A stretch of DNA of 54,093 nt from an uncultured Candidatus Saccharibacteria bacterium (GTDB lineage Bacteria > Patescibacteriota > Dojkabacteria > SC72), in contig CAYZNW010000005.1 in NCBI GenBank assembly GCA_964480345.1, positions 9,980 to 64,072 on the forward strand, in the 5' to 3' direction. This document shows, in pieces, positions 29,596 to 39,763 of this stretch. The stretch's first letter is position 1. Each line of letters opens with the position of its first letter. Position numbers and translations under genes: made by a program. Below the pieces are notes generated by a model. That model saw only the letters and a program-made list of their open reading frames with translations. It did no database searches and was not told where the DNA came from.

Positions 29596-30801
29596 ATGGT
29601 ACAATATCGCATGCATGTCATCATAGATGCAACAACTACACAAGATCAGTTAGCGTATGCTGGTATTGGTCAGTATACAAAGAATATAATTATAGAATTG
29701 GCAAAGCAGTATCCTGAAACAAAATACTCTCTACTTCTGTTTGAGGATAAGGAATCTACATTGAAAGGAAATATAGAGAAGTTTGAAAATGTTGAGGTTG
29801 TTCTGATTGGGAAGTACAGAGTAAGTGATTACAAAAATGATATTTGGTATTACAAAGATATATTACCTAGGATAAAAAAGATTATACAGAAAGACTCTGT
29901 ATATTTCTGTCCATACTTTTGGAGAAATTTTCCATCTAATGTGCTTCCTACAGTACTTTTTGTTCATGATATGATTCTTCCTCTTCTTGGTGTGTATTCT
30001 CAGCAATCTTTTGTTCATAATTTTGTGAGAAAAATGCAGTACTGGATAACTTTAGATAAGGCTGTGCAGTGTAAATACATACTGTGTAATTCTGAGACTA
30101 CAAAGGGTGATTTTCTAAGATATTACGAAGAGTATCCTGAAGATAGGGCAGTAGTTACATATCTTGGAGTAGATTTGGAGGAGAAAGAGGTTAGTATTGA
30201 TGATATGTTGCCTGCCGATTGGAAGGAGAGAGGATATATCATATATATGGGAGGTGGGGTAACAAAAAACAAGAATTCAGAGGGCGTTATTAAAGGTTAT
30301 TATGAATTTACAAAACTGTTAGGAGAGAACAAAGCTCCATATCTTGTCATTGCAGGAGGGGTATTTGTAAAGAAAGAAAACAAAGATGCTAAGAAGTTAC
30401 ATGATTTGATAGATACTCTAAATCTAAAAGAGAGTGTTGTATTAACAGGATTTTACAGTGATGAGAGTAAGTACTCTCTTCTAAAAAATGCATTTGCATT
30501 TATACATCTATCTACATATGAGGGTTTTGGTATTGCTGTAGCAGAGGCCTTAAGAGTTAAGGTCCCAACTATAATTGATAAAAGTTTGGTGTACATAGAG
30601 CTCTTTGACAATGTATCTGCAATAGTGGATGGGTATAAAGCTAAGGTAGTAGGGAAGAAAATATATGATATATATAAATACCCTCAGAGGTATAAAAGTA
30701 TGGTAGATAGAGGATACACACTTTCAAAAAGTTTTACTTGGGAAAATACTGCAAAAAAAACTCACGAGATTTTTGAAAAAGTTCTTGAAGAGAAGTCTTA
30801 A
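29596..30801 (+). CDS. GT4 glycosyltransferase (MtfB-like)
   Basis: AGIGQYT, VHDMI, VTYLGVD, STYEGFGIAVAEA. Confidence 0.9.
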   Translation: MVQYRMHVIIDATTTQDQLAYAGIGQYTKNIIIELAKQYPETKYSLLLFEDKESTLKGNIEKFENVEVVLIGKYRVSDYKNDIWYYKDILPRIKKIIQKDSVYFCPYFWRNFPSNVLPTVLFVHDMILPLLGVYSQQSFVHNFVRKMQYWITLDKAVQCKYILCNSETTKGDFLRYYEEYPEDRAVVTYLGVDLEEKEVSIDDMLPADWKERGYIIYMGGGVTKNKNSEGVIKGYYEFTKLLGENKAPYLVIAGGVFVKKENKDAKKLHDLIDTLNLKESVVLTGFYSDESKYSLLKNAFAFIHLSTYEGFGIAVAEALRVKVPTIIDKSLVYIELFDNVSAIVDGYKAKVVGKKIYDIYKYPQRYKSMVDRGYTLSKSFTWENTAKKTHEIFEKVLEEKS

Positions 30802-31465
30802 TATGACTGACTTTCTTCTCATATGCAAATATGTTTCCTACAGAATTTTCGATTATGCATTTCTCGTTATTTAAGCAGTAAGCTTTTGCTACATCTATGT
30901 CATTTGGCAAATTAAGACCGTTTGGTCTACTATATCTTTTCTCTAAATCTTCAATACCCTCTGTTTCTTGAACCTGTGAGCTGTCAATGTCTACTCTGTA
31001 TGTATACGGAACTAGAAAAGGCATAGTTGTGATTCCTTCTATGTACTTCTCGTTAATATATAAAGGTAGGAAGCTGTTGTATAGATCTATGCTTTTTACA
31101 AAATTATGATTGTTATCATATATGCCCACTTTCATAGCGTAATCTTTCTCTGTGTATCTCATGAAAATATCGTACTTGCAGTATATGAGATCTCCATTCT
31201 CTTTTACGCCTACTATTTCATTTCCATCTTTTTCTCGTATATCATCACTGCTATTTGTTTGAAAAGAGTATATGTAAAATTTTTCGTTTGTAGCAAAGAT
31301 AACCTCATTCTCTGATTTCCAAATAACCTGTTGTGGAGATGAGATATTTTCTACAAAAGAGGTCGTATATATATCATCGTAATATTTCTCCTTTAGATTA
31401 ACAAAGAGTATGAATATACAGATGGAGAGCATGGAGTTAATAACTATCTCTATGATTTTTTTCAT
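30734..31465 (-). CDS. Hypothetical exported or membrane-anchored protein
   Basis: 243-aa ORF with an N-terminal hydrophobic helix and beta-rich body; 3' end overlaps the convergent GT4 by 68 nt. Confidence 0.6.
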   Translation of the reverse strand: MKKIIEIVINSMLSICIFILFVNLKEKYYDDIYTTSFVENISSPQQVIWKSENEVIFATNEKFYIYSFQTNSSDDIREKDGNEIVGVKENGDLIYCKYDIFMRYTEKDYAMKVGIYDNNHNFVKSIDLYNSFLPLYINEKYIEGITTMPFLVPYTYRVDIDSSQVQETEGIEDLEKRYSRPNGLNLPNDIDVAKAYCLNNEKCIIENSVGNIFAYEKKVSHIKTSLQELFQKSREFFLQYFPK

Positions 31466-31483
31466 TTAACAATCTAACTAAAA

Positions 31484-33103
31484 TTATTTATCTGGATGAG
31501 GGTTATCTCCACTTAATCGACCAGGTATGTTTTTTGTATTAAGTGTTGAGACAGTGTTCCAATCAACATCTATATATTTAACTGGATTGTCATGTGTACT
31601 TTGAGCTCTCCCTTTTCTAGTTTCAAAATGTAGGTGATATGCTAAATCTTTACACTCACTCTTACCACTGTTTCCTGATTTAGCTATGACCTGGTTCTTC
31701 CTAACTGTATCTCCAATATTCACATAGCTTTCCATTAGATGAAAATATACAGAGTGCATCCCATTTTCATGTTTAATGGTTAGATAGTTACCTCCTGAGT
31801 TACATGTACCGTAGTATGTATCGTACCCTTTTGCTACTACTGTACCGTTAACTACTGCGAGAGTATCTTCCAGCTTACTTCCAAAATCTATGCCTGTATG
31901 TGGGTTTTGAAATGCAGTATGTCCATGCCACTGTGTTACTCCTATGATTTTTTTGAAAGGGAAGGAGAAAGGCTTAGCTGATCCCCTGTTTTCAAGAAGT
32001 ACAGGATTTAAAGGGTAATTACTTACAGCTTCCTCCGAGATGTTGTAGAGAGGTATTTTAAGTGAAATTGATGCTTGTAAAGAGAAGAGGTTATTTGTTC
32101 TAGATACTGCATAACTTGTTAAGGAGAAAGTCCCATTTTGTGTAATTACAGTTGAGGTAGGTATCTTCTGATTGTTTTGTAAAATCTGCAACTGTATTTT
32201 GAGTGGGTGAACAGTATGTACAGTTCTTACAAACTCTTCCTTACATCTAAACCAAGAGAGAGGGTTGTAAAATTTCTTAATACAGTTGTATTCATCAATT
32301 TGTACCTTAAGACTCTCTGGATATTTTCCAACTACTTGGATAGAGGTATTACCATCTATGTTTCTTTTACTACTAGATATGTTGGACAGATTATATATTG
32401 AGCAAAACTTTTTAATAGCTGTCTTTCTGTTCCCCTCTTTTACAAATTTAATATGGCACATGGTGTCTTTTGAAGGAGGTATGACAGTGGAAGCTCCAAG
32501 TACGCTACCTTTAGGGACTGAGTTGTTCCATATGATTGTTGTGTCTTTGCTCGTTTTAAAACTCCACCGATTACGACATATCTGTGTGATTGAACCATTT
32601 GGATTCCTTACCTGAGTATTTGGTCTAAAGAAATCTCCTGGAGTCTTCCCTCTAATTTGCGAATATATTGAAGATGGTACATATCTATTTATGCCTGCTA
32701 CGAAAATATTTGAATACAGTTTGAAAGAAAATGATGGATTTGTAGGATACTTCGAAAGATTGGATAAATATTCATCTCTTCTTTGATATGCAACAAACCA
32801 GTAGAGATAGCTACTCTTTTCTGCTATATCTGCTGCAGTGTACTGTTGCGAAGTAGGAAGTTCACACTCTCTTGTTCCATTAAGGATATCATCAGTAAAG
32901 CAGAGCATGTACATATACTCTCCATATTTAGATTTGTCAGCCCACTTAAATTGAATCTGTGAGGAATTAAGTTTCGCTCCTGTCTTTGGATATATCGGAT
33001 ATATTTTACTACTACCTGCATAGAGTGTATGCTGATTTGTTGCCAAGAAGAGTGTACATAGAAAAAGTATTGAGGGTATATGTTTTAGAAATTTTCTACT
33101 CAT
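31484..33103 (-). CDS. Secreted protein with a C-terminal M23 metallopeptidase domain
   Basis: Signal peptide; HTGIDFG, GGNYLTIKH, VYFHL, HLHFE. Confidence 0.9.
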   Translation of the reverse strand: MSRKFLKHIPSILFLCTLFLATNQHTLYAGSSKIYPIYPKTGAKLNSSQIQFKWADKSKYGEYMYMLCFTDDILNGTRECELPTSQQYTAADIAEKSSYLYWFVAYQRRDEYLSNLSKYPTNPSFSFKLYSNIFVAGINRYVPSSIYSQIRGKTPGDFFRPNTQVRNPNGSITQICRNRWSFKTSKDTTIIWNNSVPKGSVLGASTVIPPSKDTMCHIKFVKEGNRKTAIKKFCSIYNLSNISSSKRNIDGNTSIQVVGKYPESLKVQIDEYNCIKKFYNPLSWFRCKEEFVRTVHTVHPLKIQLQILQNNQKIPTSTVITQNGTFSLTSYAVSRTNNLFSLQASISLKIPLYNISEEAVSNYPLNPVLLENRGSAKPFSFPFKKIIGVTQWHGHTAFQNPHTGIDFGSKLEDTLAVVNGTVVAKGYDTYYGTCNSGGNYLTIKHENGMHSVYFHLMESYVNIGDTVRKNQVIAKSGNSGKSECKDLAYHLHFETRKGRAQSTHDNPVKYIDVDWNTVSTLNTKNIPGRLSGDNPHPDK

Positions 33104-33191
33104 ATATCCAACTATATATTTGAAAAATGAAATATTTCTTAAATTAATAAATATGAGATATAATCAAAAGATTACATTGTATTAAACAGAT

Positions 33192-36101
33192 ATGTTAAAA
33201 ATATTCTCTTCTCTTTTCGATTCAAATGAGAAGCAACTAAAAAAAATAGAACCTGTCATCAAGAAGATCAATGATCTTGAGGAGGAGATGTCTAAGCTTT
33301 CTGATGAAGAGCTTAAGTCTAAAACAGAGGAGTTTAGAAAGATACTTGGAGTTAATCTTGATACTTGTCGTACTGATTTTGTTAAATTAAGTGATTCGGA
33401 ATTAAATAGCTCTCTTGATGCAGAGAAGAAGAAGATGTATGAGATTTTACCTGAGGCGTTTGCTGTTGTACGAGAAGCTTCTAAAAGGGTAGCCAATCAT
33501 AGACATTTTGATGTTCAATTAACAGCAGGGTATGTTTTGTTTGATAACAAAGTTGCTGAGTTATTTACAGGAGAGGGCAAAACATTAGCTGCTAATCTTC
33601 CACTATATCTTTACGGTCTTACTGGAAGAGGCTCTCATCTTGTTACAGTTAACGACTATCTTGCTAGAAGAGATGCAGAGTGGACTGGGCATATTTTGAA
33701 TTCTTTAGGTATGAGAGTTGGAGCAATTAACTCTGGTAAGCAGTATAGATTTGTTTCTGATGAAGAAGCCGTAAAGATTAAAGGTGACGAGGGTAAGGAG
33801 ATGATTAAAGAGAGAGAGGAGAAAGCTAAGAAGGCTGGTAGGTTGAAATACGACCATATGAGCGGAGTAAATCTCGTGGAGTGTAGTAAGAAAGAGGCGT
33901 ATGCTTGTGATGTTGTTTACGGTACAAACAGTGAGTTTGGTTTTGACTATCTTCGTGACAATATGGCAAGAAATTTAGAGGATCGAGTTCAAGGTCCTAA
34001 ATATTTTGTCATAGTAGATGAAGCTGACTCCATTTTGATTGATGAAGCTAGGACTCCTTTGATCATATCTACAAGTGCTGATACAGCTAATGATCTGTAC
34101 AAACAGTTCGCCTCTATTGCTAAATCTTTGAATCCTGAACAGCACTATGTTGTTGATGAGAAAGCAAATGCAGTTTCATTGAATCAAGCTGGTATGGATG
34201 CGGTAGAGAAGGTGTTGGGAGTAGATAATATATATGAGAATGCACAGCTTGCATATCATTTAGACAATGCTCTAAAAGCTAAAGAGCTGTATAAGTTGGA
34301 TGATGAATATATGATTCGAAATGGTGAGATTCTCATCATTGATGAATTTACAGGAAGAGCTATGGATGGTAGGAGATATAGCGAAGGTTTACATCAAGCT
34401 ATTGAAGCTAAAGAGGGAGTTGAGGTGAAGAAGGAGTCTAAAACTATGGCAACCATAACTCTTCAGAACTTTTTTAGACTTTACAAATATCTCTCAGGTA
34501 TGACAGGTACTGCTTTAACAGAGGCTGAGGAGTTTTCATCCATATATAACTTAGATACTATTGTTGTTCCAACAAACAAAAAAGTAGTTAGGGTAGATAA
34601 CAATGATGTAGTATACAGAGGTCAGGAGGGTAAATTTAGAGCTATAGTTGAAGAGATTAAAGAGCGACATGAGAAGGGGCAACCTCTTCTTGTTGGTACT
34701 ACATCTGTAGAGAAGTCAGAGATATTGTCAGATATGCTATCTAAAGAGGGTGTTAAGCATAATGTGTTAAATGCAAAACAGCATGAATTAGAAGCTAAAA
34801 TTGTTGCTGAAGCAGGACAGTTGGGTGCTGTAACTATTGCAACTAATATGGCAGGTAGAGGAACAGATATTGCTTTAGGAGAAGGAGTAAAAGAAGTGGG
34901 TGGTCTCTATGTTATTGGTTCTGAGAGGCATGAATCTAGAAGAATTGATAATCAGTTGAGAGGTCGATCTGGAAGACAGGGAGATCCTGGAGAATCGAAG
35001 TTCTTTGTTTCATTTGAGGATGATTTAATGAGGATATTTGGAGGGGACAGGATGAATATCATAATGAGTCAGGTGGGTATGGATGATGATATGCCAATAT
35101 CAGTAGGTATTCTTGGTAGGACAATAGAGAATGCACAGAAGAAAGTAGAAGCAAACAACTACGATATTAGGAAGAGATTAGTTGAGTATGATGATGTTTT
35201 AAATCAGCAACGAGAGATCATATATACATTAAGAAGAAAGATTTTAGAGGCTGAGGGAGATACGGCAAAGAAACTTACGGGGAAAGATTTGAAGAGTGAT
35301 GTTAAGTTAGTAAAAGATATAGATATAGAGGCTGTGCAGGACTCTCTTGATCTTTTCTCTTTAGCAAGAGAGGAAACATGGAGTATGCCTTCTGTAGATT
35401 CTTTACACTATCCGCTTTGTGGGTTAGATAAATGGGTACTGAAGAAACTGTTAGAGTATGTGGATTCTCTTGTAGCATCTGAGATGCAGGATGATATGAA
35501 GATAGATAATATTGAAGAGAGGAAGATGTACTCTCAGATTATTAATCTTCTTACCCAACCTTTGTTTGAGATTGCTTCTAAAGAGTTAGGTTACAAGGAT
35601 ACGGTTGAGTTTTTCAGAGATATTTTCAGCAAGAGTCAAACTGATGGAGTCGCTTTGTTAAAGAAGGTTGTTTTAATGGGTTACATTATTCATGTATATG
35701 CTATTGGTTTAGAAGCTATGCATACTTTACTAAAGTATGTGATTTTAGAATCTTTTGACAAGTTCTGGATGGAGCATTTGGATACAATGACTGATTTAAG
35801 AGAGGGTATATCTCTTAGAAATCTTGCTCAGAGAGATCCTTTAGTTGAGTACAAGAATGAAGGGTTTGAGATGTTTGATTCTATGCTTTCCAAGATAGAT
35901 GAATTTGTTCTTACTAGACTGTTTAAGATTCGATTAGTGAAGAGAGAGGAGCAGGTAGCTATGGAGAGTAAAAGGGAGGAAGACAGTAGGCCTGGTAAGG
36001 TAGGTAAACAGAAAACTATACAGAAAGGTAAGAAAGTTGGAAGAAATGATTTATGTCCATGTGGTAGTGGAAAGAAGTACAAGAAGTGTTGTGGGAAGTA
36101 G
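33192..36101 (+). CDS. secA: Preprotein translocase ATPase SecA with C-terminal SEC-C motif
   Basis: TGEGKT, VTVNDYLARRD, IVDEADSILIDEARTPLIIS, ATNMAGRGTDI, RHESRRIDNQLRGRSGRQGDPG, GRNDLCPCGSGKKYKKCC. Confidence 0.98.
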   Translation: MLKIFSSLFDSNEKQLKKIEPVIKKINDLEEEMSKLSDEELKSKTEEFRKILGVNLDTCRTDFVKLSDSELNSSLDAEKKKMYEILPEAFAVVREASKRVANHRHFDVQLTAGYVLFDNKVAELFTGEGKTLAANLPLYLYGLTGRGSHLVTVNDYLARRDAEWTGHILNSLGMRVGAINSGKQYRFVSDEEAVKIKGDEGKEMIKEREEKAKKAGRLKYDHMSGVNLVECSKKEAYACDVVYGTNSEFGFDYLRDNMARNLEDRVQGPKYFVIVDEADSILIDEARTPLIISTSADTANDLYKQFASIAKSLNPEQHYVVDEKANAVSLNQAGMDAVEKVLGVDNIYENAQLAYHLDNALKAKELYKLDDEYMIRNGEILIIDEFTGRAMDGRRYSEGLHQAIEAKEGVEVKKESKTMATITLQNFFRLYKYLSGMTGTALTEAEEFSSIYNLDTIVVPTNKKVVRVDNNDVVYRGQEGKFRAIVEEIKERHEKGQPLLVGTTSVEKSEILSDMLSKEGVKHNVLNAKQHELEAKIVAEAGQLGAVTIATNMAGRGTDIALGEGVKEVGGLYVIGSERHESRRIDNQLRGRSGRQGDPGESKFFVSFEDDLMRIFGGDRMNIIMSQVGMDDDMPISVGILGRTIENAQKKVEANNYDIRKRLVEYDDVLNQQREIIYTLRRKILEAEGDTAKKLTGKDLKSDVKLVKDIDIEAVQDSLDLFSLAREETWSMPSVDSLHYPLCGLDKWVLKKLLEYVDSLVASEMQDDMKIDNIEERKMYSQIINLLTQPLFEIASKELGYKDTVEFFRDIFSKSQTDGVALLKKVVLMGYIIHVYAIGLEAMHTLLKYVILESFDKFWMEHLDTMTDLREGISLRNLAQRDPLVEYKNEGFEMFDSMLSKIDEFVLTRLFKIRLVKREEQVAMESKREEDSRPGKVGKQKTIQKGKKVGRNDLCPCGSGKKYKKCCGK

Positions 36102-36186
36102 AATTGGTCTTCATATAACTAAAATATATTAAAATCCTATTGTTAAGTTGAAGTTGCGTGGCAGTATTTCTACCTCTATGGGATTC

Positions 36187-36215
36187 TTGACACACTATAA
36201 ACCCTATACTATCCT
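36187..36215 (+). promoter_or_regulatory. Candidate sigma70 promoter for the 36255 gene
   Basis: TTGACA at 36187-36192, 17-nt spacer, TATCCT at 36210-36215. Confidence 0.5.
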
Positions 36216-36254
36216 AGATAAACAGTATGTTGTTAAATATATTACTATATTGTT

Positions 36255-36770
36255 ATGGCTGTAACCAAAAAGAAAAAAGATGAATTGATACCAACTAGAC
36301 GAAGTGTACATGTCATCTTCCTTTCATGTCCTCACTGTGGTAATGAAATAGATGATATTCGACTCTGCCCTGAGTGTAATGAACCTATGAAAGTGATTGA
36401 TATTGTTGAGAAGTTTGGTGATGATGCCGAGAGATTTTTAGAAAGAGCTAAGAAGAGGTTAGAGAAGAGTAAAGAGAATTATTCACAAGAGGAGGAGGAA
36501 GAGGAGTTTGATAGTATTGATAAAGAAGAACCTAATATCATACTGATGGGAGATGAGAATTTAGAAGACGATGGAGGTATAGATGCTACTGTTCAAGTAG
36601 ATGATGGCTCTTTAGATGTAATCTTCCCAGATGATGATGAGTCTTCCAAGCCTGTAATACCAGCAGGAGATGATCTTACAAAAGCATTAGAGCAGTTAGA
36701 TACAGAAGAGGAAGAAAATATCACTGCTGAAGATTTCGGTTTTGATGATGGAGAGATTCCAGAGCTTTAA
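36255..36770 (+). CDS. Hypothetical protein: zinc ribbon plus long acidic, probably disordered tail
   Basis: CPHC...CPEC; C-terminal half rich in Asp/Glu (EEEEEEFDSIDKEE, DDDES). Confidence 0.75.
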   Translation: MAVTKKKKDELIPTRRSVHVIFLSCPHCGNEIDDIRLCPECNEPMKVIDIVEKFGDDAERFLERAKKRLEKSKENYSQEEEEEEFDSIDKEEPNIILMGDENLEDDGGIDATVQVDDGSLDVIFPDDDESSKPVIPAGDDLTKALEQLDTEEEENITAEDFGFDDGEIPEL

Positions 36771-36773
36771 CCC

Positions 36774-36801
36774 CTGACAGAATTATTAAATACTGTATAA
36801 T
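36774..36801 (+). promoter_or_regulatory. Candidate promoter giving a leaderless mRNA
   Basis: CTGACA, 16-nt spacer, TATAAT (36796-36801), 5 nt before ATG 36807; no Shine-Dalgarno. Confidence 0.5.
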
Positions 36802-36806
36802 ATCGT

Positions 36807-37985
36807 ATGTCAGATATTATTTCTTTCTACCTTAAAGTTGCAATAGTAGCAGATCAAATGACTGCCTTTGGTGGTGCAGATAGAGAAATGTATTCAATGT
36901 TAAAAGTACTTCCTCATGCAGATATATTTACAGTAGTTTTTGATAAGGAGAAATATCCTACTCTTAAAAATAAGGTATATACGACATTTGTTCAAAAAAT
37001 ATCAAAATATCTACCAAAAGGATTCTATCGACATTTAAAAGTACTTACTCCAATAGCGTATGAAAATATTGATTTAGAGGGATATGACTTAGTTGTATCT
37101 ATATCAGCAGGTCCTGCAAAAGGAGTAATAACAGGATTAGACCAACCTCATTTAGCTATGGTAATGACTCCTCCACGAAGCCTGTGGGACAAAGAATTAA
37201 ATGTAAGGGGATCTAAATTCAAATCCCTGTATAGAGGAATATCAAACATATTAAACACACAAATGAGAGTATGGGATTACTCAATCTCAAAAAGGGTAGA
37301 TTACTGGAGTGCTAATTCAAACTTCATTAAAAAGAAAATTAAGAAGACATATCAACAAGAGGCAAGAGTAATATATCCAGGGGTAGAAGAGAAGTATTTT
37401 GAAAATATTTCAAAACAAAGAAAAGAGGAAATTAAGAAAAGATATGATTTGCCAGATGAATTTTTTCTAGTTGTATCAAGATTGTATGATTACAAAAGAG
37501 TTGATCTTGCAATTAATTCATGTATTAAAGCCAACAAACAGCTATACATCATAGGAGAGGGACCTGATAGAAAGTATTTAGAAAACATAGCTAAAGAACA
37601 TGACAATATACATTTTCTTGGATACCTACCAAACGATGATGATGTGATTGTATTCTACACCTTAGCTCAAGCACTCCTCTTCTGTGGGGTAGAGGATTTT
37701 GGTTTAACTCCTGTAGAAGCTATGGCTTCAGGAACTCCTGTCATTGCATATGGATATGGAGGTGTACTAGAAACAGTTAAAGAGAATATAACTGGGCAAT
37801 TTTTTTCAAATGAAAAGGAATTAACTTCCATACTTATAGATTTTGATAAAACAAGATATAATCGAAGTGAGATAATTAACCAAGCTAAAACATTCTCTGA
37901 GGAAAAATTCATAATTAACTTCACGAAATACCTTAAATATATATATGAGCAAGAGAAAACAAAGAAAGATGCCCAGAAACAGTAA
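36807..37985 (+). CDS. GT4 glycosyltransferase (WbaZ-like)
   Basis: GGADRE, SISAGPAKG, VIYPGV, VSRLYDYKRVDL, EDFGLTPVEAMASGTPV. Confidence 0.93.
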   Translation: MSDIISFYLKVAIVADQMTAFGGADREMYSMLKVLPHADIFTVVFDKEKYPTLKNKVYTTFVQKISKYLPKGFYRHLKVLTPIAYENIDLEGYDLVVSISAGPAKGVITGLDQPHLAMVMTPPRSLWDKELNVRGSKFKSLYRGISNILNTQMRVWDYSISKRVDYWSANSNFIKKKIKKTYQQEARVIYPGVEEKYFENISKQRKEEIKKRYDLPDEFFLVVSRLYDYKRVDLAINSCIKANKQLYIIGEGPDRKYLENIAKEHDNIHFLGYLPNDDDVIVFYTLAQALLFCGVEDFGLTPVEAMASGTPVIAYGYGGVLETVKENITGQFFSNEKELTSILIDFDKTRYNRSEIINQAKTFSEEKFIINFTKYLKYIYEQEKTKKDAQKQ

Positions 37986-39135
37986 ATTAAGAGTAGCAAT
38001 ATCTTGTGAGCCTCTCTACAAAAAAGGAGGTGCGGAGTTTCATTTACGACATATCATTAACACCTTTCCAAACTGTGAGCTGTTTACTGCCTACTACGAT
38101 AAAGAGTTTGTTAAAGAGTATTTCCCTGATGTAAAAATACATCACTCCTTCATGCAGTATTTACCAAAGAAAGATAAGCTTAGAGAGATATACCTCATAT
38201 TTCAACCTATGGCGTACGGCTCTTTTAAGTTTAAAGGCTTCGATGTTGTCCTTTCTCTCTCAATAGCATTCTCTAGATTTGTTAAAAGTAAAAGTCTTAA
38301 GCATGTTAATCTATGTATGTCTCCTCCAAAATTTTTGTGGCAGAAAGATGATAGGACATTGAAAAGTAAAGAGCAGTTAAGTGGAATTAATCGTTTCGGA
38401 TACAAGATATATACCTCATTTGTAGGTAAACTGTTGGAGAATAGATGGAAGAAGTTAGATAAACAATCAGCTCAGAGATGTACAAAGATAATTGCTAATT
38501 CTAATGTAGTTAAGGAGAGAATTAAGAAATTTTACAGTATGGATTCTGATGTCATATATCCTCCTGTTGATGTGTCAGGTATTCGATCATTGAAACCAGT
38601 TAATCGGAAAGAGAATTGGTTCTTGTATATGGGAAGAGTTGAGACATACAAAGGAGTGAAGCTTGCAATTGAGTCGTGTGTTGCTTTAGGACTCCCTCTT
38701 AAAGTAGCAGGTAGTGGTGGTGATTTAGAAGCTATGAGAGAGTATGTTAAGAGTTTAAATGCTAAAGGATTAGTTAAGCTTCTAGGATTTGTCACAGATG
38801 AAGAGAAGTTTGATCTTCTTTTAAAGGCTAAAGCATTGATATTTCCTGTACGAGGAGAAGATTTCGGTATAGTTCCTGTAGAGGCAAATGCTGCTGGTAC
38901 TGCAGTTATTGCATACAGAGATGGTGGAGTGATGGAGACAATTTCAGAAGAGAATCCAAGAACTGGTGTGTTTTTTGATGAATATAACAAGAAGTCATTG
39001 GTTAAGGTTTTGAAGAATTTTAAAATAGAGAACTACAGTCAAGATAATTGTAGAAAACAGGCACAGAATTTTGCTTCTGAAATATTTGAATATAAGTTGG
39101 AAAAATATGTAGAAGATGTCTTACAAAGTAATTAA
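37945..39135 (+). CDS. GT4 glycosyltransferase (WbaZ-like paralog)
   Basis: GGAE, IANS..VKERI, IYPPVD, EDFGIVPVEANAAGTAV. Confidence 0.93.
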   Translation: MSKRKQRKMPRNSKLRVAISCEPLYKKGGAEFHLRHIINTFPNCELFTAYYDKEFVKEYFPDVKIHHSFMQYLPKKDKLREIYLIFQPMAYGSFKFKGFDVVLSLSIAFSRFVKSKSLKHVNLCMSPPKFLWQKDDRTLKSKEQLSGINRFGYKIYTSFVGKLLENRWKKLDKQSAQRCTKIIANSNVVKERIKKFYSMDSDVIYPPVDVSGIRSLKPVNRKENWFLYMGRVETYKGVKLAIESCVALGLPLKVAGSGGDLEAMREYVKSLNAKGLVKLLGFVTDEEKFDLLLKAKALIFPVRGEDFGIVPVEANAAGTAVIAYRDGGVMETISEENPRTGVFFDEYNKKSLVKVLKNFKIENYSQDNCRKQAQNFASEIFEYKLEKYVEDVLQSN

Positions 39136-39763
39136 AAGGTTGTTTGATATCATACTTTCCTTCATCTTAATAGTAATATTTTCTCCTTTACTGCTACTTA
39201 CAGCACTAATTATTTGGTTAAATGATAAAGGTCCTGTATTTGTTGAAAACCCTAGGAGAATAGGGGTAGGAGGAAAGAAATTTTTTATGTATAAATTTCG
39301 AAGTATGATAGTAGATGCTCATAATAAGATTGAGCATGATGTTGCGTATAGTCATAAGAAAAAGAAGAAGATAGAGAACGGTAATAAAATTTCATGTGAT
39401 GATAGAGAGATTATGACTAATGTTGGAAGAGTAATTAGAAAGATAGATTTAGATGAACTACCTCAGCTAATTAATGTTTTAAAAGGAGAGATGTCTCTTG
39501 TAGGTCCTAGACCATCGTATGACGAGGAATTGAAAAATCATTTTGTAAAGTTTCCTAAAGATAGAAAGTTAGTCGAAGAGATACAGAGATTGAGACCAGG
39601 TATTACAGGGATATGGCAAGTATCTGGAAGAAACAGTGTTTCATTACATGATCGATTTGAGATGGAGAATGAGTACAGTAAGAGATATAATTTAATTACT
39701 GATATTAAAATACTGTTAAAGACACCGTATATAGTCTTTTCTAGAAAAGGAGCATATGAGTAG
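39116..39763 (+). CDS. Small priming polyprenyl-phosphate phosphoglycosyltransferase (Bac_transf)
   Basis: KRLFDI, YKFRSM, DLDELPQLINVLKGEMSLVGPRP, RPGITGIWQVSGRN. Confidence 0.95.
   Translation: MSYKVIKRLFDIILSFILIVIFSPLLLLTALIIWLNDKGPVFVENPRRIGVGGKKFFMYKFRSMIVDAHNKIEHDVAYSHKKKKKIENGNKISCDDREIMTNVGRVIRKIDLDELPQLINVLKGEMSLVGPRPSYDEELKNHFVKFPKDRKLVEEIQRLRPGITGIWQVSGRNSVSLHDRFEMENEYSKRYNLITDIKILLKTPYIVFSRKGAYE

Noticed and set aside
30734-30801. 68-nt tail-to-tail gene overlap as a regulatory device
   Set aside because: Convergent overlaps are common in compact genomes, and nothing else supports a function.
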